Assembly: GCA_028023455.1 (NCBI GenBank)
Contig: JAQFVV010000009.1
Location: forward strand, 6,820,001-6,884,000
Direction: 5' to 3'
DNA: 64,000 bases
Origin: Epiperipatus broadwayi
Lineage: Eukaryota > Animalia > Onychophora
In this document: piece after piece, positions 1 to 15,050 of the stretch
Layout: the number at the start of each line of letters is the position of its first letter
Numbering within the stretch: position 1 is the first letter of the stretch
Notes under the pieces: generated by a model
Told to the model about the DNA's origin: nothing
The model's input: the letters and a program-made list of their open reading frames with translations, nothing else
The model's database searches: none
Position numbers and translations under genes: made by a program

Positions 1-1449
1 ACTGAAAAATAAATTATTTTCATTTACATTTTTAAACACAGATGGAACTTGTAAAGGTAATTTAAGTTATATATTTTAAATATTAATTAAAAAAAAAAAA
101 AAGAAACATTTTTTATTGACCTGTTTAAAGTATTCCATTTAATAAGCTTAAATTATTTGAACCTTTAAACTTAAATATACTGAAATTTTTTTTAATATTA
201 GGTTGGAAATTTGAAGGAGATAATCATTATGATAAAATAGATTTATGTACGTGGGTTTTATTTGAAAGAAAAAAAAAGGCATAATTAGAATTAAAAAAAA
301 TATGGATATCTATAAAGACACTTGTTATGCTGACAAATTTTATTGCATTTTAGATTTTATAATTTTAAAAATATTCTGAGGGAGCATAATTATGAAAAGG
401 TCTAAGAAAAAAATGAAAAGCATTCATTATTGCATCAGGAAGAAAATGTTCACAAACAAGCTCAAAGAAGCAGAATTATTTATTTACATCCATAAGTATT
501 ATCTAACTAATTGAATTTTTTTCCTACTGTCATTATTGTTTTTTAAGACTTGTTATTGTTTAATCACTGCATTAGGCTATTTTCTTTTCTTACTTAGATA
601 TTGTAAGTATAATTATAAAGTAGTTACTGTGTATTTTGGCTATTTGAAGTTGGTTAACCACTATTTTCTTTTGGACAATTTCTGTATTCTTTTTTTTAAA
701 GTTTTATAGAATAATAAAAAAAAAAAATTTAGAATTGAAGCATTGGATGTTATATTAAAACTACTAGTTGATTTGTACATGTTTATAGAGAACACTGTTA
801 AGTTCATTTGAAATATTAAATATCCAAATCTATAAATCAAATTCATCAATAATATCCAGGAAGTTAAGTTTCTAGTTATTATTATTATTTTTTAATTAAG
901 CAAAACTTATTTGCTTGCTGCTACTAAAAAATTAAAAGTATTCATATAATATTGATAGGTAAAATATAAATGTTTAATTTCAAGATTTTTATAATTATTT
1001 GTCACTTGTTAAGAAAGAAATTGCAACAATGCTCAACTAAACCAGTTTACTGTTTTGTTAAGCATATGTATTACCTTCATAATCACTTCAAGAATTGTAG
1101 ATTTACATTTGAAAAAAAAAACAACAATCTTTCTAGATAATATGTATAATAAATTAATTTACAATTGTATTCCATTATCATTAAAATTGCAGAAAATTAC
1201 TATGAATGAATTAACAAAAATGTGTGAATTAAATTAGCCAATTTGAAAATCTATTGAGAATAACTTTTATTAAAAGTTAAATAGTAAATAACATTTATGT
1301 AGCCATTGTAGAAAGTAGACATAGAATTAAATAATTGAATAATTATGTTTATTTAACTCATTTGGTACAGTTAAAGCAAATGGAATGCAAAAGATTGTAA
1401 AAGAAATGTTAGGAATAATAAACAGAAATAAAACTAGAACTGAATATAT

Positions 1450-2050
1450 TTAAACCTGAGCAGATAATATTACTATTATTTTTAAGAGCTAACTTATGAA
1501 TATTTTTATGATCGTCATTGAGTGTTAGAGTAAAAATGAAAAATATATCCTCCCAAAAATCTTAATCATTAATTACCAGCTCTCATAATTATTCAAAAAC
1601 AATTGGAAAATCTTAAAAAATGTATCCATATATTGTAACATTTTTATCACATCTCCAAAGAAAACATATTGGGCATGATATAAAGCAATGAAATCAATAT
1701 TTGACGGTTTAAGTCAGATATAAGAAATAATTGTCTCAGTAATCATATATGCACACAAAAAGATACTAGAGAAATATATTGAATATTGGATTCATGGAAG
1801 ATCTGAATTTAATCTCTGATGTAGATAAAAATAACTGATAATGTAAGGTATTAAATTATCATTTGAAGATACAATTAACAAATTATTTTAAATTGGATGT
1901 ATAAAGGGATTGTATTGGCAATCATAAAAAAAAAGAGACAAATTATATTGGACATTGAGTGAATCCATTCTCTGATGAAATTAAAGATAACTTTTTTATA
2001 TAATGTAAATAAAACAAAATTACTATTTGAAATATATTAACAAATTACTT
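1450..2050 (+). mobile_element. Heavily decayed non-LTR (CR1/L2-like) reverse transcriptase remnant
   Basis: Stop-riddled translation gives SIFDGLSQ..YAHKKILEKYIEYWIHGRS, resembling RT 'FLDLSKAFD.V.H.ILL.KL..YGIRG', and downstream ..KGIVLAII, resembling 'QGSVLGP'. Boundaries approximate. Confidence 0.3.
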
Positions 2051-2899
2051 TTAAGTCACATAATAGAAAATGGTTAGCTCATTAGCCAAAAGTATATGTA
2101 TATATATTGTGCATTGAACATTTAAATTATTGGTTAAATTTTCGCTGTTTTGACATAAAAGAGTTGTGTAATAGAGCAAACTATGTGGATTGCAAGTATA
2201 AATATAAGATGTACACTATATAAAACTACAGTTAAATTTAATTAAGTAGCAAGGCTATTGTTATTATTATTATTTTAATTCTGTGCTAGTAGAGATGGTT
2301 CATACATAATTAATTTTTAAATTTTTGAGAATAATTTAGAATTGCTATTTATGTTTACAATAAAGTTTAATATTTTTCAAAATTCATCTGTGACTTTAAA
2401 ATCATTTTAAAGAGTTTTGAGATTCTATCTAGTTATGATATACTTATTTTCAGTACATATTAATATATATATTTAAATGTAATGATTTTGCATCCATTAA
2501 CATACTTAGATATGTTAGGCAATAACATTGAACAATTACAATTTTCTAATTAGAGAAATTAAGAATAAACAAATAATAGCAAAATATAATTTGCCCAAAC
2601 TATTGTAGTATTTTTGTCAAACTCTTGTTCAGATTATATAAGGTTTATATTTTTGATGTCTAATATATATTTCATACTAATAACATTTAGATATTTTTTT
2701 CTTTTAAAAACTGAGTTATTTCTGCAAATTAAGGTCTATATTTACCTATTTATTTTTTGCATTAAGAGTAACTTGCAAAAAGGCTAAACTTATTCAAATA
2801 ACAGTAATTGCTGTAAAAAAAAAAAAAAAAAAGACCGAAAGTTCTGCTCCTAACATTTTGGTAAAAAAAATGATATGTGTTCTTCTAAAGCAAGATGTT

Positions 2900-4050
2900 A
2901 AACATTAAAATTTACAATTTGAATTTTCAAATGTATGTATTGTGGATATGAATAAATTTGTTCTTGGAGTTACTAAAAAAGGAAGTCTTGTTTGATTCTC
3001 TGAAAATAATTATATCGCAGTAGGACTACTACATTTAAGTCATTTGGTTCCAAGTCCCCCCCCCCCCCCCATAATAAGATCTGTAATTAAAAGCCTTTCT
3101 TACATAATTTGTTTTAACATGTTTGTAGTTAATACAGATGCTTTTAACATGTGTATATATATACCTGTGATATAGTTTTGATTTAATATTACATGAAGAT
3201 ATCAGCTAAAATAATTAACAAAAGATTAATTACTGTAAGCCAGTTATGGAAAATTTTATGTGCAGTAAATTGAGAGAGAACACACATTTATATATTTTAA
3301 GAGAATTGAACTGTATTTGACTCTAGATAAGCACACTTGAGAATTTGTTATTTTGATTACTTTCTCTAAAAAAAAGAAATAAAATTCTTATTCTTCATTC
3401 TTCTTATGATGAAATGCAGATGTATATATGTACAATACAAACATGTTGATATGAGCTTAGCAAGATGGTCATTGTGGATTAATATTAGACTGATGATCTG
3501 ACAAGGTCTTGAAACATTAAATGAAGCTGATGATGTAAATCTCTGGAGAACCTGGATACTGTTTGATACAGATAAAGTTGATGAAATTCTTTTACCGTTT
3601 TCTTCTTCTGATAGATTTTTGAAAAATATTCTCATAGAAATTGTTTCAATGCCTTTTAAATTGCATTTGTAATACTTTGGCAATCATTTGTAATTTTAAT
3701 TTGGTATTCCATCTACATAAAAGTGTTACCTAATTTTGTATTTTAGATTTCTTATTAGTCAAAGCAAATTTTTATAATGTCTACATTATTGATTGTTCTG
3801 CTGATGATTCAATAATGTATTAAAACTTCTTTATAATCTTTAATATGTTTTTAATTTCTTTTTAAAATTTCTCCATCACTCTTTTAAGCTCATTCATGAT
3901 TTCATTCCATATTGATTGTAGTGGGGATATAATCATGCCAAAAGAAATTATTAAAAAGGTCTTGCCCAGTATAGATAATTTCAATAATTTTTAAAGAATT
4001 ATGGAATTAAAAATTGAATTTGAAATAATAAAATTTTGTTGGTGTTTGAA
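2900..4050 (-). mobile_element. Degenerate Penelope-like retroelement RT remnant
   Basis: Minus-strand frames give, in the expected order, YPGSPEIY, RPCQIIS..HLAKLIS (cf. 'RPIIS..T..LAK.L'), L..ILADIFM (cf. 'GSPLSP.LANIFM') and ENQTRLPFL (cf. 'E.N..LPFLD'). Many stops and frameshifts; ORF 3366-3683 is part of it. Confidence 0.45.
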
Positions 4051-4904
4051 AAGAATTAAATTAATCTGAATTAACTTTAATCTATTCAATGATTTTTGTT
4101 TTGAAGGTTAGCATTAATTTATAATCTGGAGAAATTCATTGACTTAACAATAGATACTTAAAAGAATTTTGATTATAACTATTAATTGGATTGCTGTAAT
4201 GGAAACATTTATTTGAACAGTGAAAAGAATCAAAGAAAGAATCAAACTCTGGATAAAAATCAAATAAAATTATAAGAAAATAGTTATTCATTTTGTAAAT
4301 TCAAAAGGTAAAACTATAAGAAATGTCTTATGACAGATTTGATTTAAAGCTTTGGAAATATCCAAAATAAATTACACATGTTTATTTGATTTTTTTTTTT
4401 TTGTTGACTAGTTCTTTAAATGATATATATGCATAAGCTAAAAGATATTAGAATTTTAGAGCAAAAAAAAAAAAAAAATTATTAGATTACATGAAATTAA
4501 TTGGAGGGGGGGGGGTAGCCGTAGTGGGCAAAAGTGAGCTTGTGAAGTAAAAAATTGTTGGTAAATTCTAAAAAAAAAAAAAGATTTAAGAATTGTATAC
4601 TAAAATAAAAGCAAGGTCATGTTATATATGACTTGCTTTATTGATTATGATTATTAAAATAAATCAGATTGGATGTATGCATACACTACTTTTGAGATGG
4701 AAAAAAATATTAGTTTATAATACGAAAATGTAATATTACTAGAATGAATTGAGGATGAGAAAGATAAAAGCAAAAAGTATGCAAATTAAACTGAACACAG
4801 TTTAAATTGTAAGAAAGATTACAGATATTGCATAAGTAAGTGGAAAGATGATTAATTATATATATATTTTTAAAAATATAGTTGTAGCTATACATTTAGG
4901 AAAT

Positions 4905-5060
4905 GTTTGTGGCTTAGTGATTAATGCATCTGCCCGCCATGCTGTAATTGGGATTCAAAATCCTGTTAGGTAAATCTTAAAATTTTTTTAAGGTCACAAC
5001 TTCTTGCCATATACAAAGTGCATAGTTAACCCAGTAAGCCATCTAGTAGCAGGTGATAAA
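4905..5060 (+). mobile_element. Probable tRNA-derived SINE head (degenerate)
   Basis: Pol III A-box-like TGGCTTAGTGA (4910-4920) and B-box-like GGGATTCAAAATCC (4950-4963) at tRNA-like spacing. No clean cloverleaf, so not called a tRNA. Confidence 0.35.
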
Positions 5061-5652
5061 TGAAAATCTAGATTTTTTGGCTAAATTTTTCAAAATTCCA
5101 GATATATCTAAGTTGGCTAGTTGAATGTCAGTGTGATAATTGTGAAAATGAAGAATACACTTGTAATATAATGTGATCTTCATTACTGGTAAGGAAAGTG
5201 CCATATTTCTATGGTTCATGAACTTACCTTATCTATACATTATAAGATATATGTATATGGTTCTGAAAACTTGGACTACCTTACCAGCTACTGTGAATAA
5301 CATTTTACCTTAAAAAAAATTACCATAATAAATATTTGGGGTGTGGACATCTTCAATTTATGATCTAGTGATTATATCGATAAACTATTCAGATTGCTCA
5401 TTTTTAAATTTTTAATTACTAAAGGCCTGTGTATAATAATTTTAATGCTATGAAATTTGCTATTATTTTCTTTATATTTCATAACCAACTTGAGGATTCT
5501 TTTTTTTGCTATTTTGCCTTTTTTTAAAATGTCATATAATATGTTTTTGTCTATGCTAGAATAAATATAAATCTGAATGTACATTGATCAATAAAATTCC
5601 AAATTATACATGACTGTTCAGTGTTTTTTTCTCACCCCAGTTATGTTACCTA

Positions 5653-5775
5653 ATCCAAAGCTTTTTTCTGATGAAACTCATAAGCTAGAAACTAGACTGG
5701 AGATAGATATTGTATAGAACAGCAATTGAATAAGGATTTATTAAGCATTATTATCTGACATCTATTAGTTACTAA
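5653..5775 (+). mobile_element. Old diverged relic of hammerhead repeat family A
   Basis: ATCCAAAGCTTTTTT-CTGATGA-AACTCATAAGCTA-GAAACTAGAC-TGGAG aligns with the family A ribozyme (CTGATGA at 5668-5674). The following ~70 nt also align with the family A unit. The cleavage triplet GTC is mutated to GAC. Confidence 0.6.
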
Positions 5776-8145
5776 AGTTAATATTAGATGACATAGTTGT
5801 GATGAAAGTAAAAGAATGTACATTGATGTGATCTTTTATTTTTAAAAATTTAGGTTTTATTAACCCCCCCCTCCCCCCAAAAAAATGAAAACAAAACTGA
5901 GTAAATTTTATATTTAATAAGTAATTGCAGACCAGGTATTTTCAGGAGAAAAGTTGTGTAAAAATATCCAATATTCATAAAGTTGTGACTATTTTTAACT
6001 ATATATTAAGATATTAGTACCAGTAAAGAAAGCAGAAATAATGGGCTTCTTACATATCAATGATTTAGGAATTGAGTTCATTTCATAGGAAAAAAATATA
6101 GTGGCTGATCTATGAAACCATCATATTTAATAAGATTAGCAGCATAAGAAAAAATAAACAATGTTTACACTCTTAAGCCCTGTGCCAAAGAAGAAATGAT
6201 GACTATCTGCTAAAAGATAGTTATTAGTATTGAAGTAGTTTGTTAAATTGGATTTAAAATCATAGTTTGTCTTAATTTAGAAGTGTTAGGAATTCAAGTA
6301 TAGTTATTTCTTTGGTTAACTAAAAAACCAAATTATTTTGGTACTATATAGTGGAAACAGGTTTATTATATGCATAAATCCATGAAATTGTAGTTTAATA
6401 CCTGTTTTTATTTGGATACATTTTTATTTTGTCTTAATAAAGGAAAATTTTATAAGTTGTGCGTACGTGTACGTTAAAAAATTTATTTTATAAAGAAAAT
6501 TTTTTAATGATATTTCACAGGTAAGTAGCAAATTTTCTTTATTCTTTGCAGTCCCCCCCCCCCCCACACAATTATTGATGCTTTTTGTTAGCAAATATTT
6601 GTAGAATAATTTTATGCAATGATATTAGTAAATTTTTAATATGATTGAAAAACATAATCTAGTACTAAAACCTTAGAATAAGAAAAATGATACTGCTTTA
6701 CTAGTTTTTCTATGAAAAGCAATGGCTAACTATTATTATTTCTTGAAATCATCAAATCAATCTGATTATTTCTTATTAAAAGTCTGTTGACAAATAAAGA
6801 ATATTTTCTAATTAAAATAAAATTATTGATGAAAATTGTGATTTTTAGGAAGTAAAAATTATTTCATTTAACTAATTTCATTTTTTTATTTGTATTAGTG
6901 CAGTATTTTGAGAATATATTTACTGATCTTTCTGAAATAAAGTTTTATAACATTTTTTATTTTTTTTTTACTGAAAATTATAGATTTTATTTATATAATA
7001 AACAACTTACAAATAGATGCATAAAAACTTGACCTTTATAAAAGATAATAATCTTCAATATTTTAAGATAAACAATATTTATTATGTTTAATTTTATAAT
7101 AAAATATATTCATTTTTTAAAATAGGTTAATAAATTGTATGTGTATATAAAGTTAATTAAACAAAAATAATCTTCTGTAGGCAGATCAGTATTCTCTTAT
7201 GCTACCTAATAGTGGTCAGAATGTTATTTTGCTGGTTTTTTCAATTCAGTTTTTATACAGCAGATAACATATATACACTATTATATTCTGGTCTATAAAC
7301 AAACTCTTATCATTTTATCATTATTAATGGAGGGAAAAAGGTGGTTGTATCAAGAAATGCTGTAAAAATATTTTATATAATTATCTAAAATTGTATCATC
7401 ATACAATGATAATGTATTGAATAAATCAATAAATACTAGATGGCTATACACATTATTAGATTCTGGTTCTGGTTTTCTGGTATAAAGCACAATTTCAATG
7501 CCTTGAACTCATCGTCAGTTAAAGTTAATAGCCTGAAAATTTTTTGAAAGCAAGCTGGTGTAGCTAAATAAGTAATCAGCAATATTTTAGTGGTTTCACT
7601 TATAATCTAATTACAGGCATGCATGACTTTTTGGCAAAATGATGGCAAATACCAATTACAAAGCATCATATTAATTTTAAGCATTATATATAATGTATAA
7701 TGTATTTGCTAGAGATCTATAAATATTTTATATTTTATATTACATGACATTATAAGATACATATTAGTTTAATATTTGATATGACCATAGTTAATGACAT
7801 AGTTTGGAAAATTGCCAGTTATAAATACAAATTCTGTAAACACAATGCTTAATGGTACTCCATATTACTTAAAAGCACGTAAATGCAAAATCAAAAAGCA
7901 GCTTCAGTTCAGGAAAAGGGAGTGGGATAATTGCTACTATATGATTTAATGTTTTCACTATTATGCATTTCACTGTTTTGCACTTTTTTAGGCAATTTTA
8001 TTTTATTTCATTTCCAACTATTTCAGTTGTTCCTTTAAGTTTTAAGGTTTTTTTAGATTTTTAATTGTTGCAGAATATGTTCAATATCGGTGATTTCAAT
8101 AATCTGAGATTTGAAAAACAAATAATAAATAAATGAGAAATTATG

Positions 8146-8632
8146 TAATAATCAATAAATTTTATTAGTGCAGTGTTTAGATTGTAATTATATAGAAAGT
8201 AATCATCCCTTATTGCTAGTACTGTTAAACAGTGATGTTAAAACTGCATGGATACTCTTGCCCCAGTCACAAGAAAGAGACTTTGAGAAAATAAGAATGC
8301 CTCTTACTTTCAAACTCAAGGGCATTTATATGAGCCAGTCGTAAGTGTCTAAAAGTGAGAGCATGAATATATAAAATCATTCATTTAAAATCCTTTTCCT
8401 ATTTAATAATCTTATTAGCATTTACGAAATCTTATAATTTATTTTTATGCTAATATTAGATGATATTAAATTATATAATAATCAATAAATTTATTAGTGT
8501 AGTATTTAGATTGTAATTACATAGAAGGTAGTCATCCCTTCTCACTAGTGCCATTATAGAGACTTTGAGGAAATAAGAACGACCGTCATATTTTCAAACT
8601 CAAATGCACTTATATGAGCCAAACTTAAGTGT
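8146..8632 (+). repeat. Diverged partial direct repeat, ~330-bp period
   Basis: TAATAATCAATAAATTTATTAGTG...GAGACTTTGAG...TTCAAACTCAA...TATATGAGCC occurs at 8146-~8350 and again at 8476-~8632, with a deletion in copy 2. Confidence 0.75.
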
Positions 8633-11149
8633 TTTATAAAAATTGTTTTAATTTTCTAAATTTCAGTTTTTTAGTTCACAAAGCAACAGTTAATGCTGTG
8701 ATTTTAAAACATAAGCGAAGATTGCTGCTATCTTTATTAGGCAACTACAGAAACTTGAAATTTTATAAGTTTAACATTATTTAAGTATTATATTTTTTTT
8801 GCATTTTATCATAAAAGACACATAATGTAAATATTATATATATATTGTGAGGGAGAGTGATGTCAGTGTATACTAATTTTAACTAAATAGTATTATTGAT
8901 ATATATATATAGCATATATATTTTTATTATTATTTTTATTGATATATCAACACAATAGAAATAAATACCATTATTTTCATTTATTGCATTTATTATTGAT
9001 TAATTGATGTATCAATATTTTTTTGCTTGAATTTTTTTATTATTTAAACAACATATAAGTCCTGTCATTGTGTGTATTTTTATTTGTGATTATTAAATAC
9101 TGTTTTAGTAAATAAATTTTCATAAATTCTAATTATAAATAAAATTATATAAAATTTCACAATTTTATGATTTGTTTGTTAATAAAATTCAAATTTTTTT
9201 TACATCTAGGATATTTCACAGCAGCAATAGCCACTTATAAATGAATATGGCTATATTTCATTTTCAAGAAAAAAGAACAACAAAAAAAAAAGGCAATAGA
9301 ATTGAGTTTGTAGCAATCAATTCATGACCCAAAAATTCATCCACATTTAGAATGTGCTGTTCCATTATTCTTGTTAGACTTTCCCCTTACTCCAACTATA
9401 TCTTTTAAACATTTATATGCTAGTAAACCCACATTCAATAATCTATAATTTTGAAAGAATATTAAAAAGTAAAAACAATTTAGAAATTTGTAAATTTCAT
9501 CTGTACTTACCAAACAGAATTATAGTAACAATATTTGTACTCATGATACTGTATTGCTGCTGTTGATTTAAAATTAAAATGTCTTTTAAAATGGTGTCCC
9601 TAAGTGCAAAATTTATGATAATAGCCATTCCATCAATTCCAAAAAAAAAAAAAAAAAGCCATGAAATGCTTCATTTAGATGATAATATGAAAATAATTTA
9701 GTTTTGAAAGAAAAAAATGTATGCTGAAGCTGGTGAATATTCTGTAAAAATAAATTATCAACTTACAGGAAAATGAAAAAATGAAAAAAAAATTGTGCTA
9801 AATTAGTTTTGCATATCTTAATAAATATTTAGTGAATATTGAAAAAACATTGTAATTGCAATTGGAAAATTTGAATGTAGTGTTCAGATAAACAATAATG
9901 TGTTGTATTATCTGAAAGTATTAAAAATGTTGCAGTAAACATTAACATTAAAAAGTAATATGTTGTGCCATCACAAAACATTCCAGTAAACAGTATTATT
10001 AAAAAAGTAATGTATTTTGTCAAATAAAAAAAATTGAGTTTATAAAATTATTCTGGTTAACAGAATTTGCTATGAACTTATAAAAATTGTGTAGGCATGG
10101 TGTATTTTCTGCATCAGTTATTGTCATAAGAAGAATGATGAAAGATAGTTATTTTTTTATTATTTGGATTGAGGGGACACTGCATATGTATACACAGATT
10201 TGAAAATAGCACACAGTACATACATATGCAAATGTATTTTCTGTTTAATTTATTATTCTCATGTTTTTTTTATAATTGTATTATTTTATTCTTTATTTTT
10301 GTTGTTATAATGTGCACAAATTTAAAATTAAATGTTATCACATATATATTAAAATATCTGTATTGCATATATATATGTAAATGTTAAATATACAAATTGT
10401 ATGATCCTTCAGACTGTGATTTTTTACATTCTCATAGACATGGAATGAAATAGCATGAATATTCGATATTCATTGTATATGCCTTTATTTTTATATAATA
10501 AAAATAATTTGTTAATTAATTTTCTTTCTTTCTCTTTATAAAAATGTATTTAACAAAGTTATTAAAATTTCTATCATTAACTTTGTAAAATGTTTGTGAG
10601 AATTAAGTTTATTAATGTACAAGAAGTATTTTATAATTATTTTTTTTTAAAATTTATTTTAAAACTAATTAGTATTAATTTCTATACTATACTGTGTTTA
10701 TTTTTTAATGCATACATATTGAAGATTAAATATAAAAAAATGTAAATTATAACTCATGATAGTAAAAGTCTAAAGATCATGAAAATTGGATCTTTCAGAA
10801 TTTTGTCCAGATTTTAAAAGCTTGAGATTCTAGATAGTTTCATTAATATTATTGTATATTTAAGTCTTTTAATCAAAAACAATCATTTAACAAAAATTAT
10901 ATCCTTTTTTTTTCATCAGGATTGATTAGTTCTAGAAAAATAATATGAAGAACAATGTAAAGGAACCAGATTTTTGTAGAAGCGTAATAAAGATTAAGTA
11001 AGACCATAGCACAGTAAAACTATATTTTGACATATAATATATTTAGAAAAGTTATGAGTATTGATATTGTACTGCATTATATAAAAATTTTATTAAAAGT
11101 AATAAAATGTGGATTAAATAAGCACAAAAAATAAAGTTTATGTGAACAT

Positions 11150-11299
11150 AAATTAATTGTAATAAAAATAATTTGTGAATTAAAAAAAACAGCCCACAGT
11201 AGCAATGTTTTTTCCTCACGCCTTAAATTAATTGTAATAAAAATAATTTGTGAATTAAAAAAAACAGCCCACAGTAGCAATGTTTTTTCCTCACGCCTT
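11150..11299 (+). repeat. Perfect 75-bp tandem duplication
   Basis: AAATTAATTGTAATAAAAATAATTTG...CCTCACGCCTT at 11150-11224 and 11225-11299. Explains the internal repeat in ORF 11077-11304. Confidence 0.95.
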
Positions 11300-12599
11300 G
11301 TCATTCTAAATTTTAATTTAAAAAAAAAAAGTTTTTCATGTTGTTTTTTTCGTAAGTTGCAATTAGCAATTTAATCTTTATTTTGAAAGAATGCTTAGAT
11401 AGTGAATAATTTCCAATTAATGAAAGATTTTATGATTATTATTTTTTGACTTCATGTTTATTAAATTAGATTGAATACTTGTTACATTAAAAAACATTAA
11501 ATAATGATACGTATTCTAGTTAATTCTCATGCATATGTAAACAAAAAAATAAATATTACATGTTAATTATGAATTATATAAAGTCTAAGAGAAAATAGAA
11601 CCACATATAAATGTAATATAAGCAAAAATAATATTGGCATAAAAAAAAATCCATTATAACTTATTAGAGCAATTGATAATTATTCAATAGATATATTTAA
11701 TAAACCCCTTTCTCACTTTAGCCTGATAGCAATTATCCTATTAAGGAGATTAAATATCCAAGTGGTTTATAATTGTTAATAGTGCATAATCTTAGTGTTG
11801 AATAATTCGTTCAAGAAAAGATAAGGCATTTTCTGAGATGTTGAATTTAAAATAATATCTCTAAATTAAAAAATGAAGATTAGAAAGGTTGTCCTTATAG
11901 AAGGAGAAAGACCTCTGAATATATATTATCTAAGGAAGTCAAAGAATATATTAAGCTGTGGTAAGTTTGCAATGGAAAAAAATGTTGTTATAATGTTTCT
12001 CTGTATGACATGGTGAGTAGATATAATCTATATCTGACATTCTCTTAGCAAAGAAGAATGGCAGAGCACTTAAATATATTTTAATTGGATAGTCAAGATA
12101 TTTCAATTCCATGAACATAGTAGAAAAATTTAAAACAGATTGGAATATATTCTTACATTTTATTTTATTTTCTATTTTCAAATATTTAACTTTTCAGGAA
12201 AACTGATAAAATTGAAACACGAGATTTACCGAATAGTTAATTTTATAAAAAGATGTGAAATATTGAATCTGTACTTCTTATTAATAGTTCTTTGATAATA
12301 AAATTCCGAATAGACTGCCAAGCCAATAAGAGATCATTAAATTTGGAATATTTTTGCATATTTTTGATACTAATTGATGCAACTATTTTGTTCCATATCA
12401 ATTTGAAAGAAGAAAAAATTGTGAAGATGTTAGTAAATTTGATAATGGACATATAAAGCTGGGGGAGGGGGGTATTTAAAAGAGAAACTTTAGCATGAAA
12501 TGATAGGATTTGAAAATAGATTTAACTGTTATTTTTTTTTTTTTTAATTGCCATTAAAGATGTAATAATATGTTGGATTATTTCCATCCTGCATCATTA

Positions 12600-15050
12600 A
12601 ATGTGGGAACAGAATAGTTCAGTTGGTTAGAATGTTGCCATAAAATTCAATATTCAAGAATCTAAAGATATAGGTTGTCTCCTATGCTAATATTGACACT
12701 GGTCAGGCCAGCAATAGCTGAAGAAGAGTGAAGAATAATACTACTCAAAACATTGTGTAATTACTAACCTGTGTTGTCTATTTGTATGATATTACTAACA
12801 AGTTGTTTGTATTTGAAAAGTTTAACTAAAGTTTACAGTTTTCTAGACATTCAACATTTAATGATAGATGATGGAAATAATTCAACATATTATCACCATC
12901 TAATATACTAGCATCACAAACCTTCAGGCCATGAGGACTTTATTATATTAATAATGGGAGGAAATAGCCAGGGTTTAGAAGTATAATAAGAATAATTGCG
13001 TTAGCCAAAATAATTCTCTAAATTGCTAATAGTAATTTCTCCAGAATGGAAAACAATTGAAGATACTTCTTTGAAGAAGAAAGATTATCAGAAAAATACT
13101 TGATTAAGAAAATAAGTGAAGATACCTGGAAGTTTTTTCTCAATATCTGTAAATAGAGAAGTAATATAAGTAATGAAAAATAAGGCATTCAATAGAAGTC
13201 CTTATAGAATAGATTTTTGAAGGTGGAGATTGGAATTAGATTATATTTAACCATGCAGTGAGATGTCAATTTATCTATTTAAAAAAAGGTTTTGCAAGGA
13301 TATAAAGAAAATGTACTGAGATATTAAGTTGTTGAAGTAGTTCTAGAACTTTAGTCATAGAAATACAATCAAATGCAACTGCATTATTCATTTAAACTGT
13401 ACTGGCTATATACCAAAACTTTGTAAATGACAGTTTTAAAGTTACAAACACAGAAATAGGCATATCTTTTTTAGCAAATTGTAAATGATAGTAGGAAAAA
13501 TTATAGGTTGAATTTTTTATTTATTGAAGGATTGTATTAGTTAAATATGAGAAAGAGATATTGAAATATCTCAAATTATTTAATGAAGAGAAAAGAATGT
13601 CTCTTTTTTTTTAATGAAAAGAGATCACAGACTGGGTAAAAATGGAAGAATGTGCTTTTTAAGATAAGATACAGAGACTGTGTAAAGATTATTTTTGAAT
13701 AAATTAGTGAAGATGAATTGTCAGCTATATTGAGAATATTAGAAAAAATAAATTAACTGAAATGAGTTAGTAAGAATTTGAGAATGGTAGGATAACCTGA
13801 ATGAATACTTTATAATATGGAGTAATTTTTTTTAGCTATTTCATTTTCAATGATACTGCAACTTTTTTCACTCTGACCAAGGAATAGGGTATAGAAGGTT
13901 TGATTATAATTCAGATTTTAGATGGTAGTGTAGTAATACATTTTTTTGTGTCATCAATTTGGAATCTATGACAGAAGTAGAGAGCATAAGTTTTTTAAGT
14001 CTGTATCTAAAAACTTAATGAATATATTCTTTAGACATTCTTGTGCATTTAGATTTTTTTTTTTTGATTGATACTCGACAATTATAAGATATTTCCACTA
14101 TATTCTTCTATAAGCAGAATGACTAAGTTAATGGAAGAGACATCAGGGAAATGTTTTTTTAATTTAATGTATAGGGAGTCTTGTTATTTTAGATAACTAA
14201 TGCAGGATTTATTTCTACATGTGCAGTGCCGATTTGTGAGTATAATAATATTGATAAAAGAGAATCAGGTTTAGGATTAGCATATTGATTTTTGGAAATA
14301 GATATAAATTTCAGAGAAATGTTTCTGAAGTTATAAAACTTCTCAGAAATATTTAAATTATTATTATATATAAGAATTGAAAAATGTTTGAAAAATTAAA
14401 ATCCAAAATGACACTAAGAACATGATGCTCAGAGAAGCTTACAGGATGTAAAATGTGATTGATTATAAAATGAAATCAGGGGCATAGAATAGTGCTTTTC
14501 AATATAGAAATAGCATTCTTAGAGAAGAAATCTTTAGCACTCATAATTTTATTATTGATCATATAAAGATATTTTAAGATTAAATGCATGAAAAGCAGAT
14601 TAAAGTTATCAGTAAATACCACTGGATAAAAGTTTGTAAATAGAATTGCTTTAAAATGATTAAAATATTAAATTTGGTCTTTTGTACAAGTAGACTGAAA
14701 TAAATAATAGCTGAATGGTAGGTGATAATTGATATCTTAATTGAAAAGTTTGAAATGATTTAAGTGAATGAACATTTCAACAATTGCAGCTGGGTATTAC
14801 TACTTGAATGGCAAAATTTTTAAGATATACTAAGAATCTATTTTTCAATTTGTTTAGTATTTTATCTGTGAAAAGGAAGTGTGATGAAAATTTCTTAATT
14901 CAATTACTTAGAACAAAGACATGATATTTGGACTTAATATTACTCACATTTAAGGTCATGAGAGAAAATACTATTTCATTACAGAAAATACTATTTCATT
15001 ATAAGAAAGAATTGTATGCTTCCTTATAAAACTATTATCAATTAGTAATA
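12600..15050 (+). mobile_element. Decayed RTE-like LINE (APE endonuclease + RT remnants)
   Basis: Ordered degenerate motifs: FIILIMGGN (cf. LIIMGDFN), IANSNF (cf. IANTFF), SISFLSLYLK (cf. RPISLLS..YK), AGF..EYN, NQG..VLFNI (cf. RQGD.LS..LFN). Many stops; boundaries approximate. Confidence 0.5.

Noticed and set aside
3490-3520. CTGATGA...GAAA hammerhead-like spacing.
   Set aside because: Stem II has only 3 bp with mismatched flanks and there is no stem I complementarity; it lies antisense within the PLE RT remnant.
8146-8632. The ~330-bp repeat as another retrozyme (minus-strand CTTACGA..hairpin..GAAA).
   Set aside because: The core is mutated differently in the two copies and no stem I/III can be formed.
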